From Histomonas meleagridis 2922-C6/04-290x (taxonomy: Eukaryota; Protista; Parabasalia), in NCBI GenBank assembly GCA_020184695.1, contig JAANOX010000205.1, positions 434,001-498,000 on the forward strand: a stretch of 64,000 nucleotides of DNA, given 5' to 3'. Within the stretch, counting starts at the first letter, position 1; the number at the start of each line of letters is the position of its first letter. The notes under the pieces are model-generated. The model saw nothing but the letters and a program-made list of their open reading frames with translations. It made no database searches and was not told the origin of the DNA. Both the position numbers and the translations under genes were made by a program. Of this stretch, positions 1-10,718 are shown in pieces.

Positions 1-2
1 CT

Positions 3-1079
3 GAAACTAGCACTTATTCAAGCATCAATTTATTAATCGAACCTAAAATGTCATTTCTGGAGTTAAATGTACATTTTGGCACGAATTTTCCCTCGGTTAA
101 AATCGGCTCTGGCTGGACATTCTTTTTAAGTGGGCTAGTTCATAATGGCACATTCAATGTAGTAAGTGGGGTTGCAACTATTGATTCGGAGTCAAAGCCA
201 CTTAATAATTGGAATATCACAGATGCAGGGAAAGTTTCAATTCGTGATAGGCGCATTACATTCGATTTAATTCTGTTTCCTCAAACATTAAAGGATGAAC
301 TTAAGTTTACAGCTGTACATGGTGGTTATGTTCATAACGAAGTAATAAATATATCGGTATTGGAATCAGGAAATGTATATTCTCATAATGTAATTTTCCC
401 TGAAACCTTTACATTCACCCAAAGTAATACATTAACTAATTCAAATACATTCACCCAAAGTAATACATTAACTAATTCAAATACATTCACACAAAGTAAC
501 ACATTTACTGCGTCGAATACATTTAATAAATCAAAAACATTCGCAATGTTATTTACAAATGATACACAAACTTTGAATACGCAATCACAACATTCTTCAT
601 TAATTAGTTATGTTTTAATAAGCTTTTTATCTATTACCCAAACAATGAGTATAATCAATTCTTTATCATATGCATTTACAGTTTCAGTATATAAATCTTC
701 TTTTATTTCATCGATAATAGAATATGTTTATTATCAATATACAATTATCCATTACACATCTGAATATATTTTATATTCTCAATTTTATGTATTGAGGAAT
801 TTGAATTTAAATCAAGATAACATTAACAATAATAGCATTAACATTATAATTATTGTTGTTTGCGCAATAGTAGGTGTAGCATTAATAAGTTTACTTGTTG
901 TTTTACTTATTCGTTATCGAAACCATAAGCAAAATAAAGATTATAATGAAACAGAAAGTATTCAAGAAGATAAAAATGAAGTAGTTAATGATTTAGAGGC
1001 TGTTGTGCAAGTTTCACATATTGCAGAGGATCCATTTGCAAATGATTTTAATGAAGATAATATAATCGCACATATATAA
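3..1079 (+). CDS. Single-pass surface protein, 5'-truncated by the window edge: beta-rich ectodomain, (TFTxSN)n stalk, Tyr/Ser-rich segment, TM helix, acidic tail ending in EDPFANDF
   Basis: The frame is open from base 3 to the TAA at 1077-1079. It contains near-tandem TFTQSNTLTNSN repeats at about 412-540, the TM segment IIIIVVCAIVGVALISLLVVLLI followed by RYRNHK, and a DPF motif at 1029-1037. Confidence 0.8.
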   Translation, partial: ETSTYSSINLLIEPKMSFLELNVHFGTNFPSVKIGSGWTFFLSGLVHNGTFNVVSGVATIDSESKPLNNWNITDAGKVSIRDRRITFDLILFPQTLKDELKFTAVHGGYVHNEVINISVLESGNVYSHNVIFPETFTFTQSNTLTNSNTFTQSNTLTNSNTFTQSNTFTASNTFNKSKTFAMLFTNDTQTLNTQSQHSSLISYVLISFLSITQTMSIINSLSYAFTVSVYKSSFISSIIEYVYYQYTIIHYTSEYILYSQFYVLRNLNLNQDNINNNSINIIIIVVCAIVGVALISLLVVLLIRYRNHKQNKDYNETESIQEDKNEVVNDLEAVVQVSHIAEDPFANDFNEDNIIAHI

Positions 1080-1995
1080 TATTTATAGATTTTGGATATC
1101 CATTCGCATATGTTAATATACAGAATAAATCATTTTTTTATGTTTTATAATTTAATAAAATTACAATTATTGTTATTTTGTTGATTTTCATTGGGGATTT
1201 TTGATATGAATATTTGAAAATATAACCAAAAAGTAATCTTTTTTATTTTTTTTATAAATTTGGATTATTTTTGTCTAGAAAAAAAGCTATATGAATATTA
1301 AATCATTATGAGAAGTGAGTTTCGATCAGTGTATCACTTTTGTTATCTCAATGGCACACATGTTTTAAATGATCAAAATATATAGATGTTCTATTTGAAA
1401 CAAAATCTGACCCAATTAAATTTTCTTTCATCATACGGAAAAGGATGTAATCCGCTTCACTTTCACCAACTCGAAGAAGAAATTGTCCAAACATTTTAAA
1501 TATCTGTAGATTTTTATTAAGTATTTGTATTTCTTTAGTTTCAACTGATTTTAAATAGAAAAAATATAAATCAATTTCCTTCCTTTGTGAAAGTAATGAT
1601 GAATAAATTGATTCAAAAATAACAATATTAAAAGATTCCTGAAAATTTACATTAAAAAAATTTGGTTATTTCCCATATTTACCTCCAATTTTTACCAAAA
1701 TTTTTGAGAAAATGTTAAACATAGTAATTTAAATTATTTCACACACAAAATTTTTATTTGAATTTGGTATATAAGAATCAAATAATGTGTTTTATTAATT
1801 AGTCAACACTTAATGTTGAAGTTCCATTAACTTTTACTCAGTTATTCGAATACCCAAATCGTTAGTAGAGCTTTTCCTTCAGCTCATTTTAATGAAAATT
1901 TTAAATTTCAAATCAAATTAACGGTCGCTTGATGAGCATCAATATTTTGATGTTGAAATTAAATAAATTATTTGACTTAATCATTGCGTGACAAC

Positions 1996-3066
1996 TCAAC
2001 CTGTTTTTTTTGTTGGTTTCTCGACTTTAATTTCTTTTGGTTTCATTTGAATTTTTAATTTTGATTGGTTGCCATTTCCTTCATTACCAGTACTTTTTTG
2101 AACTCTCTCTATAGTAATCTCCTTTTTTGGTGCCGCACTCACATTGCTTTCATTTCGATTTGTTGCTTGGTTATCATCTTTATTATCATTATTTTCAGAC
2201 ATAACAATAGAAATCGATATACGCTTCGTTTGATTTTCGCCTGCATTTTGCCTTTGCGAATTATTTTTCTTTTTCTGCCGATTAATGTTTTCCATTTTAT
2301 TCTTTAAGTTTTGAACTTCAGATGATATCTTCTTCAATGAAAAGTCTAATTGCCTCTTTCGTTGGTTGTGTCGTTCTCTTTCGGACGTGCTCTTTGAGGA
2401 GTACATTTTGGCAATACCGTTCATCAAATCAGGAACTTTGTATAAATCAAAGATTTCCTCATTTTCAAAGATTTGCTTAATTTCTTCATCGGATAATTCA
2501 TTAGGATTAAGAAAGTTTGCAAGATATGAGTACTTTTTGCCTTTGCTTATAAGAACTTTGCAAATAAATTTGAAAAATTGATGTTGATCTTTAATTTTGC
2601 ATTCCTCTTGTTTGAAAATCTTATCCAATATTCCTGGAGGAAGAGATGCAAACAGATCAATGTTAATTAACTCGTTTATGTGTTTAACCAATATTGATAG
2701 ATATTGATTAATTGATAAATTTTTTGCAACACAATCTATTGTTTTGCTTAAAGCGTATTTTGGTTCGCCTAAAGATTGCTCAAAGTTCTCAATTTTCTCC
2801 AAAAGTGATTCAGCTTTCCATTCTTCAGCGAGTGATCTTAAATCGTTTAAGTTTTCCTCATTGATATCTACTTTTTTTCCTTGCACAGCGGGCAAAAATA
2901 ATTTGAAAGATTCAATTGGAGTTGAAGCGTCGATAACCATTTGTCCATTTTTTATTGAATTTGGGTCGTAGTACTGTGAAAACACCAGTGAGTTCTTTGC
3001 GAATTCTTGTGGATCGATTACCAAACTTTCTCCGTTATATATTATGGTGTATTTCTGATCTGACAT
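1996..3066 (-). CDS. Hypothetical protein with a BTB/BACK-like N-terminus and a coiled-coil, low-complexity C-terminus
   Basis: 356-aa ATG ORF. The N-terminal pattern YTIIYNGESLVIDPQEFAKNSLVF...SIESFKLFL...NLNDLRSLAEEW resembles the BTB-like domains common in trichomonads. Confidence 0.6.
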   Translation of the reverse strand: MSDQKYTIIYNGESLVIDPQEFAKNSLVFSQYYDPNSIKNGQMVIDASTPIESFKLFLPAVQGKKVDINEENLNDLRSLAEEWKAESLLEKIENFEQSLGEPKYALSKTIDCVAKNLSINQYLSILVKHINELINIDLFASLPPGILDKIFKQEECKIKDQHQFFKFICKVLISKGKKYSYLANFLNPNELSDEEIKQIFENEEIFDLYKVPDLMNGIAKMYSSKSTSERERHNQRKRQLDFSLKKISSEVQNLKNKMENINRQKKKNNSQRQNAGENQTKRISISIVMSENNDNKDDNQATNRNESNVSAAPKKEITIERVQKSTGNEGNGNQSKLKIQMKPKEIKVEKPTKKTG

Positions 3067-3236
3067 AGAATGGCACTTTTTTGAGAACCGTTTATCACTT
3101 TTTCTTACGCCGACGGTTATTATTGTTGAAGCAACGTCTCTCTCAAACAGACGGTTTTATGGAAAAATTGAATAAAAAGGGTTTGGTAAATGGTCGGTTT
3201 TTCACAAAATTTCTGAAGACGTATTTTGGAACAAAA
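3067..3236. promoter_or_regulatory. Bidirectional promoter with clustered M3-type (Myb-recognition) motifs
   Basis: The 170 bp between two divergent ATGs contains AACCGTT (3086), GACGGTT (3112, 3150) and TCGGTT (3194). These fit or nearly fit the T. vaginalis M3 core element [AGT][AG]C[GC]GTT[TAG]. Confidence 0.55.
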
Positions 3237-4643
3237 ATGTTTCACCACGTGTTTGTAAAGCAAGCAGGAGATCTACAAGCTGTAGATTCAGGCGGAACTT
3301 CCGATCCATACGTTATTGTTCAAGCTGTAATGGGATCACGCATATATGTTATTGGAAAAACCCCAGTTATCAAGAAAAATCTGTATCCAGTATGGGATGA
3401 TGAAATGAAGAAACCATTTAAAATACCATCATTTAGAGCAGAGAAATTTGTTTTTATAGTTATGGATAATAACGTTATCTTAAAAGATGAATTTCTTTCA
3501 AGCTGTACATTCGTCCCTGGAGTTAACCCAACTGATACTGACATCGATTTCCCATTAACGAAAGGTTACTTACGTGTTCATGTCAAACTTAATGTTGAAA
3601 GGTTTAGGATCAATGAAATGAAAAAGCCAGAAGGTTGTATCTATGCAATTACCAACTTCCCAATGAACTTCTATGGTGTTTCTGAAAAGAAGGGTCTTAC
3701 AACATATGATGATTGGGATCTTGTAACTACGAATGCATATCGTCTTCGATCTGATGCTGAAAGCGATAACATATATCACCCATTGTTATCCATTCCGAAA
3801 GGTGAAAGTAATGAAACACCACAATGCCTCATAATTGTCGATGGCGGTAAAGAAACAGCAGATGGGGGAGTATTCACAGCTGAGGACGAACCTGTTGTCA
3901 TTTTGCATCGCGAGATTCCTGTCAATGATGTCAATACCCCCAGTCTATTTACTGCCGGATTTAATTTCCAATTTACGGATTCACAAGTTAAAGTTCAAAC
4001 CGAAAACCGAATACTTCAAAGTGACTTTGAAGACGACGAAAGGTTCATAGCAACTGTAGCTAACAACAAGTTTTTCCATTTACGCAAATTTTTCAAACCC
4101 GGTCAATTAGCCAAATTACCCATAAAATCGTTCAGCGTTGTGACGAAGTTCATCTGTCGCATTGACCTTATCGGAATCACCGAAAACTTCAAATACGCTT
4201 TCCCCAACTTCATGTCGACCGTTAATCCCAAATCAATGCGACCGTTAGCGGGTCTTCGAATGTTACGATGGGGCGGAAACTTAAGCATTATACTTAACTC
4301 ATCGAAGTGGTCTCAAAGTGTCAAGTACTTCGTGATGGTAATCCATAATAGGCATACGATTATGACGCCCGAAATGAGAGTTCATATTGTGTCAAAAGAT
4401 TCAGCATCTGGTGAAGCACATGAATACTTCTGTTCGCCTGACCCACCGAAAGGTAATGGCGACGCTTTCATCGTAGGCGTTTTCGTCAAGGCGCAACCAT
4501 TGCATTTTTATCCAGTGTGGCAATACTTCGAAGAATTCCCATTCGTTATGCCTGCAGTCATTAAGGAAGCAAGAAAGTATGTGAAACATAACGCAGATAA
4601 GATGATCGATACAAGTGGTGGACAAATTAATTTCGTCAACTAA
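3237..4643 (+). CDS. C2-domain protein with two C-terminal beta-rich (possibly TerD-like) domains
   Basis: C2 motifs AGDLQAVDSGGTSDPYV and KTPVIKKNLYPVWD. The probable start is aaaaATG at 3237, in frame with the track ORF that begins at a TTG (3081). Confidence 0.8.
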   Translation: MFHHVFVKQAGDLQAVDSGGTSDPYVIVQAVMGSRIYVIGKTPVIKKNLYPVWDDEMKKPFKIPSFRAEKFVFIVMDNNVILKDEFLSSCTFVPGVNPTDTDIDFPLTKGYLRVHVKLNVERFRINEMKKPEGCIYAITNFPMNFYGVSEKKGLTTYDDWDLVTTNAYRLRSDAESDNIYHPLLSIPKGESNETPQCLIIVDGGKETADGGVFTAEDEPVVILHREIPVNDVNTPSLFTAGFNFQFTDSQVKVQTENRILQSDFEDDERFIATVANNKFFHLRKFFKPGQLAKLPIKSFSVVTKFICRIDLIGITENFKYAFPNFMSTVNPKSMRPLAGLRMLRWGGNLSIILNSSKWSQSVKYFVMVIHNRHTIMTPEMRVHIVSKDSASGEAHEYFCSPDPPKGNGDAFIVGVFVKAQPLHFYPVWQYFEEFPFVMPAVIKEARKYVKHNADKMIDTSGGQINFVN

Positions 4644-5766
4644 AAAAAATTATTAAAAAAATTTTTAATACAATAACGGTCGTCGCCGAGTCATCGGCAC
4701 TCAGAATTTTATTGAAAAAGTTTTTGTTAGCATTCAAAACTTTTGAATTCAAATTGGACACGAAATTACAAATAAAAATATCTTGATAAAAATTAGGAGC
4801 TGAAGCATAATATTCACATTATGAACTATATTGCTCACTTCACCAGGATATATAATATAATTGTCTTTTGTAAAAATTATTCAACATATGTTTCTGAATT
4901 GAAGTTCCTGATGTAATGACATTAAATTCAATTTATTTTCTATTTTTATCAAAATTACAATAATTGCATTTCTTTCTTAAAATGCATTATTTTAATGAAT
5001 AACTTTATTCAATGATCAAAATTCTTTTGATTTTTATTATTCAGAGTATACGATAATTTCATTTAAATCTTTTTTTCATGGTTTTGTGATTTTTAAAAAT
5101 GTTTTTCAATTCACATGTCACATCATAATATTGAAATTTGTTGTTGTTTAAATGGAAATTTTCTCTAAAATGTACGAAAGAATTTTGATAAAACCTTTAT
5201 AAATACAAAATATTGATTATATTCTATTTAATAGTACTTCAAATTTTATAATACCATTGTGGAATTTTTTGTAACAAATCGAAATAATATCATATGAAAA
5301 AAAATTAAACATGGTGGAAAATTTCATATAAAAACAATTCCATTCTAACTTTAATATTATTTGATAATTAATGAACCAAAATATTCAATTATAATAAAAA
5401 TATTTCAATATTTTGAGAATTTCGAAAAAATCATTAAATTTGCGATTTCAAATTTTTTTAAAATAAAATACAAAATTATATTTATTAAGGTACCTCTGTA
5501 ACATATAAAAAAATTGGCTTGATTTTATTAAGGATAAAGTTCATTTTTTGGGAGTTTTTTTTCGCTTACACTACCATATTTTACCCGATAACAAATCAGT
5601 TTTATCATTTAAAACTATCACATCATTTAAAACTATCACAGTGTGTAGAAGAAAACATATCAATATGCAAACGATTAAAAAGGAAACTAGTCAATTATTA
5701 ACAGAACAGTCAATTCAAAATAAACGGCCGTGTCAAAATATGAAATAATAAAAGTGACAAAAGCTG

Positions 5767-6129
5767 ATGAATACAGCTCAGCAACCAATGCCTCCAGAAC
5801 AACAGCCTGAAGATTTCATGCAACCAAGCGAAATGACAAATTTACAAAAAGGACCAATGGGGCCACTTGTTGATGCTGTCAATACTAAACAACCAATTCT
5901 TGTACAACTCAGAAGTAATAGGAAACTTTATGGTATTCCAAAAGCAATAGATAGACATTGGAATATGATTTTAGAATCAGTACTGGAAATGTGGTCTCCA
6001 AACGTAAAAGATGGAAAGCCTGTAAAAATTGAATCGCGTAAAATTGACCGTCTTTTCCTTAGAGGAGATAATGTAATATCTGTTTACCCAAACCCAACAA
6101 AAGGTCCGGAAGATATGAATCAACAATAA
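5767..6129 (+). CDS. SNRPD2: Small nuclear ribonucleoprotein Sm D2
   Basis: GPMGPL..AV...QPILVQLRSNRKL.G..KAIDRHWNMILE and RKIDRLFLRGDNVI match the SmD2 Sm1 and Sm2 motifs. Confidence 0.92.
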   Translation: MNTAQQPMPPEQQPEDFMQPSEMTNLQKGPMGPLVDAVNTKQPILVQLRSNRKLYGIPKAIDRHWNMILESVLEMWSPNVKDGKPVKIESRKIDRLFLRGDNVISVYPNPTKGPEDMNQQ

Positions 6130-6148
6130 ATTCTTATTAAATCAAAAT

Positions 6149-6556
6149 TTATTCATCTTCAAGTGTTTTAAGCTGTTCTTCAATTAATTGTACAAGATAT
6201 GGTGTACGGTCATAAGTACATAAATTGAGTTGTTTGCCAAGTTCTCTGCGATTTAATTCTATTTCGGGATGTTGAGATTCGTATTTAAGAACACTTGGAG
6301 CAAACTTGAAACCTGCTGATTGTAAGAATTCAAGAACCAAAAGATATTGAAGTTCTTTATCTCCATCAACTGGAATGCTTGGAAATGCTTGAAGTTCTGG
6401 TTGTGTTTCATCAAGAATATGACGAGCTGCTATTTTGGCTAATTCTTGAGCTTCACCAAGCACCTTCTCCTTAATTCCTTTTTTCTCTACAAGCTCTTCG
6501 AGTTCATGTACAACTTCTTGTTGTGCATCATTGACAAACTGATCCATCCAAGACAT
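6149..6556 (-). CDS. LisH-motif protein (FOP/FOPNL-like)
   Basis: 135-aa ORF with YLLVLEFLQSAGFKFAPSVLKYE, a LisH consensus. It lies tail-to-tail with SmD2, 19 bp apart. Confidence 0.65.
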   Translation of the reverse strand: MSWMDQFVNDAQQEVVHELEELVEKKGIKEKVLGEAQELAKIAARHILDETQPELQAFPSIPVDGDKELQYLLVLEFLQSAGFKFAPSVLKYESQHPEIELNRRELGKQLNLCTYDRTPYLVQLIEEQLKTLEDE

Positions 6557-6873
6557 TTTTTTCTCTAATAATTATTAACGTCCTTTAATTGAATGATTTA
6601 CAAATTCAAAAAGAATTCTCTAAAATTAAACCTGTATATAAACTCGTACAGTATGTGTAGGAACTCTAACTTATACCACAAGATCATTGCTTTTCTATAG
6701 CCATTTATTTGTAAGACAACACATTTTGATCATCGATATCATCAACACATCCTAATCAACAAAATTAGTACAAAGCCTCAGATACAAAAATAATCACACT
6801 AGAAAACTATTTTTAAGGATTTAAAAAAGCTTTGGGAAAACATTGTACAAAAGAATAATCAAAAATTTTGGCA

Positions 6874-7012
6874 AATGGCAGTCGAAAGTGATAGTCACTT
6901 GCGGTTCTGCTTCAGAGCCTTGTTTATGGATACATGTGGAGTTTCAATGAAGCATCGCTGAAGCTCATAGCCGTTGTATCCGAATGGCGGACCAAACCGC
7001 AAAAGTGCCGTT
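6874..7012 (+). ncRNA. Candidate structured non-coding RNA of unknown family
   Basis: 66/139 GC (47%) in AT-rich intergenic DNA, with five nested helices, a potential pseudoknot, and G-U pairs that favour the + strand. See findings. Confidence 0.45.
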
Positions 7013-7064
7013 ATTCAATTTGACGAACGTTAAAAAAATTATTTCAAAACAAAAACAATAACAT

Positions 7065-8357
7065 TTATAAAACAAAATTTAGTTTCGCTAGTGAGCGAAA
7101 TTCTATTGGTGGCAATCTTGGATGTATTATATTTAATTGTGGGTTTTGGAAATGTATTGGCGCATTAATTTGTTGTTTTGATTTTATCTTCGCTTGTGAC
7201 ATCATATGTCTTTTATTAAATTCGATTACTCTCTGTGCAGCCATTTTTCTTGTATCAGAATTGTTGTCTGGTTGCTTATCTGTTTTTTGATTATTTAATG
7301 AGAAAGGAATTACATAATTATTAACCTTCTGTACCCCAATAGATGTATATGATAGGTTTTCTTTCATATAAGGCTTTGATTGTTTGTATTTTTGAGAATT
7401 TTTGGCTTCTGTCGCAAAAAGTGCAAACGGTTTTGATCGGTCTGTTTTCTCCCATATCAAATCCTGTTGATGCAGAAATTGGAATGCCGGCGATTTCAAC
7501 GCCTCGTCTGCTGTTATCCTGTCATTTGGGTCGTATACGAGTAATTTCTCTATGAGGTCAATGATTGGCTGACTAACATTTGGGAGTAAATCCCGAAATG
7601 ATTGTTTCTGCTTTTGTGGAAATGCCATACTAACATTATTACTTTGGATTTTAGCAAGAAGACTCTTAGATGGAGTACCTAAGATTGCGTGGATTTTGTT
7701 TAATTGATCCAGCTGATGCTTTCCTGGAAATAATGGCTTTCCTGTAAGAACTTCATATAATACACAGCCAATGGCCCATACATCTACAGCAGGTCCGTAA
7801 ATCCCTGATGTAAGAATACATTCAGGAGCTCTGTACCATCGAGTTGCTACATAATCTGTGAATCTGACTTTGTTAGCAATAGAACTCACTGAACCAAAAT
7901 CAGTAAGCTTTAGCTCTAATGTCTGTGAATTGATTAAGCAGTTCTCTGGCTTGACATCACGATGAAATATTCCGCGAGAATGAACATATGATATTGCTTT
8001 TGTAAGTTGGTAAGTTATTAAAAGCGCATCGAATTCTGGAATCGGTGCTTTTGCTTTGGAAATGTATTCGTATAAATTCATTTCCATGAGTTCTAAAATG
8101 AGTGCAACATGTCCACTTTGTGAGTCATACATTAAAGAACGTAAGTTGATAATATTTGGATGTTTCGAAAGTGTGCGAAGTGCAGCGACTTCGGTGAGTT
8201 GTTTAACATCTTCAAAAGATCGATAGCGTTTCTTTAATCTTTTTTCTGCATAGAATTGTTGATCCTTCAATGACTTGACCTTGTATACATCGGCAAATGA
8301 GCCTTCCCCGAGTTTTTGTATGATACGAAACTCATTTAAGGATTGCCCATCTATCAT
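7065..8357 (-). CDS. CMGC protein kinase, MOK/MAK/ICK type
   Basis: LGEGSFADV, HRDVKPEN, DFG, TDYVATRWYRAPECILTSG (TxY activation loop) and SGHVALILELMEMNLYE resemble MOK. Confidence 0.9.
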   Translation of the reverse strand: MIDGQSLNEFRIIQKLGEGSFADVYKVKSLKDQQFYAEKRLKKRYRSFEDVKQLTEVAALRTLSKHPNIINLRSLMYDSQSGHVALILELMEMNLYEYISKAKAPIPEFDALLITYQLTKAISYVHSRGIFHRDVKPENCLINSQTLELKLTDFGSVSSIANKVRFTDYVATRWYRAPECILTSGIYGPAVDVWAIGCVLYEVLTGKPLFPGKHQLDQLNKIHAILGTPSKSLLAKIQSNNVSMAFPQKQKQSFRDLLPNVSQPIIDLIEKLLVYDPNDRITADEALKSPAFQFLHQQDLIWEKTDRSKPFALFATEAKNSQKYKQSKPYMKENLSYTSIGVQKVNNYVIPFSLNNQKTDKQPDNNSDTRKMAAQRVIEFNKRHMMSQAKIKSKQQINAPIHFQNPQLNIIHPRLPPIEFRSLAKLNFVL

Positions 8358-8779
8358 ATGCGAGGATGAAAAAACGTTTTTTCCTTTTCTATGGGACGTA
8401 CAGAAAAGTTAAACTTTTTGAATTGGGATTTTATATTAACGGTCTTTCGATAGGTGCAGAATGGATTTTTCAACATTTGTACATCATTAAATTTTTATAC
8501 TGTATGAAATCAAATGCATGAAGTTAACTTAATTATTTTGAGAATCATTTAAAGTATAAATAATGAACAAATTTAAAAAGACTATTTCTCAAAATTCAAA
8601 TCTTCAGAGTGAATTTTAAAAAAGATGTTATAAAACATGAAAGTCAAAACAAACATAAATACTAATAAGTGTTCTCTATTCATTTCAATAGAATTCTTTG
8701 TTATTTAAATTATACATCATGACTCATTATATTTAAAAGAATTAATTAATATTTCTATTTTTATTATTATTGAAAATAT

Positions 8780-9382
8780 TTAACAGCAATCAAACATATA
8801 ATCGTATCCGTCGAAATCCATGTCCATGATATTTTCATCAATAGGATATGCAAATGAATCTTCTTCAAAAATTGATTCATTATTAATATTTTGCTCTGCG
8901 TGTATATCTTCTTGAATTTGTTGTGAGACATTTAAAGGATTTGGCGAAGGCGCTTTCGCTGATTGCATGTTATAATTTTGTATTTGATTAATTTGATAGT
9001 TTGGAAATTGAAATTGATTTTGCAAAACGTTATTCGACAAATAAATTTCATTAAATCTACGTAAACAAGTAAATCTGTTACGTATGCTGATTGATGTTCT
9101 TCCTGGAAAGAACTGTTCCATCAACTTCCATTTGGGTCCAATTTGTTGATACTTAATCCTTAACAAATTATCTTCTTCTAAAGTCCATTTACTCTTATTA
9201 ACTGTTTCTTTTAGGTGATTGACCCATCTTTCACGGCATTGGCGAATTGACCTGTTTGGCATTTCTGAAGCAATTTGTCTCCAGGCATTTTCGCCATACT
9301 TTTGAACTAGAGACGAAAGTGTTTCGTCTTCTTTTTGACTAAAGTGCATTTTTTTATTCTGCAATTTGCTCGTAGAAGTCAT
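8780..9382 (-). CDS. R2R3 Myb transcription factor (paralog A)
   Basis: FSQKEDETL...W..IA..MPNRSIRQCRERWVNHL...KWTLEED. The true start is probably the ATG at 9382 (MTSTSKLQ), preceded by a TCACTTCATTTT initiator and co-linear with paralog B. The track extension to 9535 translates promoter DNA. Confidence 0.92.
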   Translation of the reverse strand: MTSTSKLQNKKMHFSQKEDETLSSLVQKYGENAWRQIASEMPNRSIRQCRERWVNHLKETVNKSKWTLEEDNLLRIKYQQIGPKWKLMEQFFPGRTSISIRNRFTCLRRFNEIYLSNNVLQNQFQFPNYQINQIQNYNMQSAKAPSPNPLNVSQQIQEDIHAEQNINNESIFEEDSFAYPIDENIMDMDFDGYDYMFDCC

Positions 9383-9427
9383 TCTTGAATAAAAATGAAG
9401 TGACAAAAGGACGGTTTTCCTCTTATT

Positions 9428-9773
9428 GAAATTCAGAATGTATTGAAAACCACACAAAAGATTAGCTGGACGACTTTTTGTGCAGATTTCAAAATTCCGA
9501 ACTTTACTAAATATTTTGTGAACTTTATTCTCCATCGTAATTTTTATTGCTTCAATTTCCTTGACAAATAAGGAATATTAATCTTAATATAATATCAAAA
9601 CGAATGACACCTAAGCATTAAATACCTTTGCCTATGATATGGTTAATTTATTTAGTCATCTTTGGGATTTATCCGCTACTGAATGTTTGGGGAATTTTCA
9701 ATGCATTTTTGAATACCATACAAAAAGTCGTCCAGCTAATCTTTTGTGTGGTTTTCAATACGTTCTGAATTTC
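9428..9773. repeat. 54-bp inverted repeat (9428-9481 and 9720-9773, 53/54 identical) with a 238-bp spacer
   Basis: ACAAAAAGTCGTCCAGCTAATCTTTTGTGTGGTTTTCAATAC[A/G]TTCTGAATTTC reads on the minus strand at 9481-9428 and on the plus strand at 9720-9773. Both track ORFs translate it as TKSRPANLLCGFQY. Confidence 0.95.
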
Positions 9774-10718
9774 TATCAATTAATTGAATGGGGTAGATGC
9801 TCATTTAATGACAAGAAAAATATGATGAAACTCATTAAATATAAAATAAAAATTCGCTTGCACGAACGAATACCTATGTAAATTAAAATTAATATCAGAT
9901 TTATATAATTAAAGTAGAATATATAAATTATAATCATAAATTGCACATTAATGCAAAAATTCAAAACCACCGAAATATTTAACTTGAAAGAATCAATCAG
10001 GTTATATAGTGAAACAAAATTTAATATACATTTTAAAAAACTGGATATTGATAAAATTCATCTTTCATTACATGTCATATTCATTTACATTTAGATATTG
10101 TTCATAATACAAATACATGAACAGTGTATATAGATAATTACAAAAAGTTTTAAATTAATAATTGATATTATACATTATGACAACAGTCAAGAATCAAAGA
10201 AAAATATGATTCATACCATAAGTGAATGCGATATATGTTGAGTGTAATATATGGTGTTGGTTCATATCTATAAATTATTATGTAAATGTTGGTGCAAGTA
10301 AAATTAATGGTGTATAATAAGTAATGATATGATTTTGATACAGTGTTACAATGAAATTATATAGAAAATTACGTGTTCACATCTTTTTAAAATTACGTTA
10401 ATATTATTCAGTGAAGCGAATGTTCTTGATGATATTTTTGATAATTGCAATTTTATGTCATTTAATTGAATTATTTAACGTCTGAACTAACTGAATCATC
10501 GTGTTGATTTCTTATTTAATTATTTCACTGATTTATGAAACCCGTTTTAGATGACACATTCCAAAGAAAACTTTTGATATCAAAATATTCAAAATTAAAT
10601 TTTTAGTTATTGAATCGTGTTTTTTTTCAATTAATTATTCTTTTCAGTGTAAAATTATTGTCATATAAAAAGAGAATTGAGTGTAATTGTAAAAATCCTC
10701 AATTCATGCGCAAATAAA

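Noticed and set aside
1386-1500. 37-codon ORF MFYLKQNLTQLNFLSSYGKGCNPLHFHQLEEEIVQTF
   Set aside because: It is short, has no recognisable motif or promoter context, and is compatible with chance or an unidentifiable remnant.
5605-5640. 18-bp tandem duplication TCATTTAAAACTATCACA x2 upstream of SmD2
   Set aside because: It is real but only two AT-rich copies, most simply replication slippage, with no evidence of function.
6874-7012. Assignment to hammerhead, twister, SRP, RNase P/MRP, snRNA, SECIS or c-di-GMP/TPP riboswitch
   Set aside because: Only isolated words match (GAAA, AAAAGUG, UGUGG, AUGA..CUGA). The required conserved cores and their order are absent, so it is left as an unknown family.
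9383-9535. N-terminal extension of Myb A and the 9639-9881 ORF sharing TKSRPANLLCGFQY
   Set aside because: These are translations of the non-coding inverted repeat. Paralog B starts at the position equivalent to 9382.
9428-9773. MITE with 54-bp terminal inverted repeats
   Set aside because: There is no flush target-site duplication, and the left arm is homologous in sequence and position to the upstream element of the paralogous Myb gene. It is better explained as a duplicated promoter.
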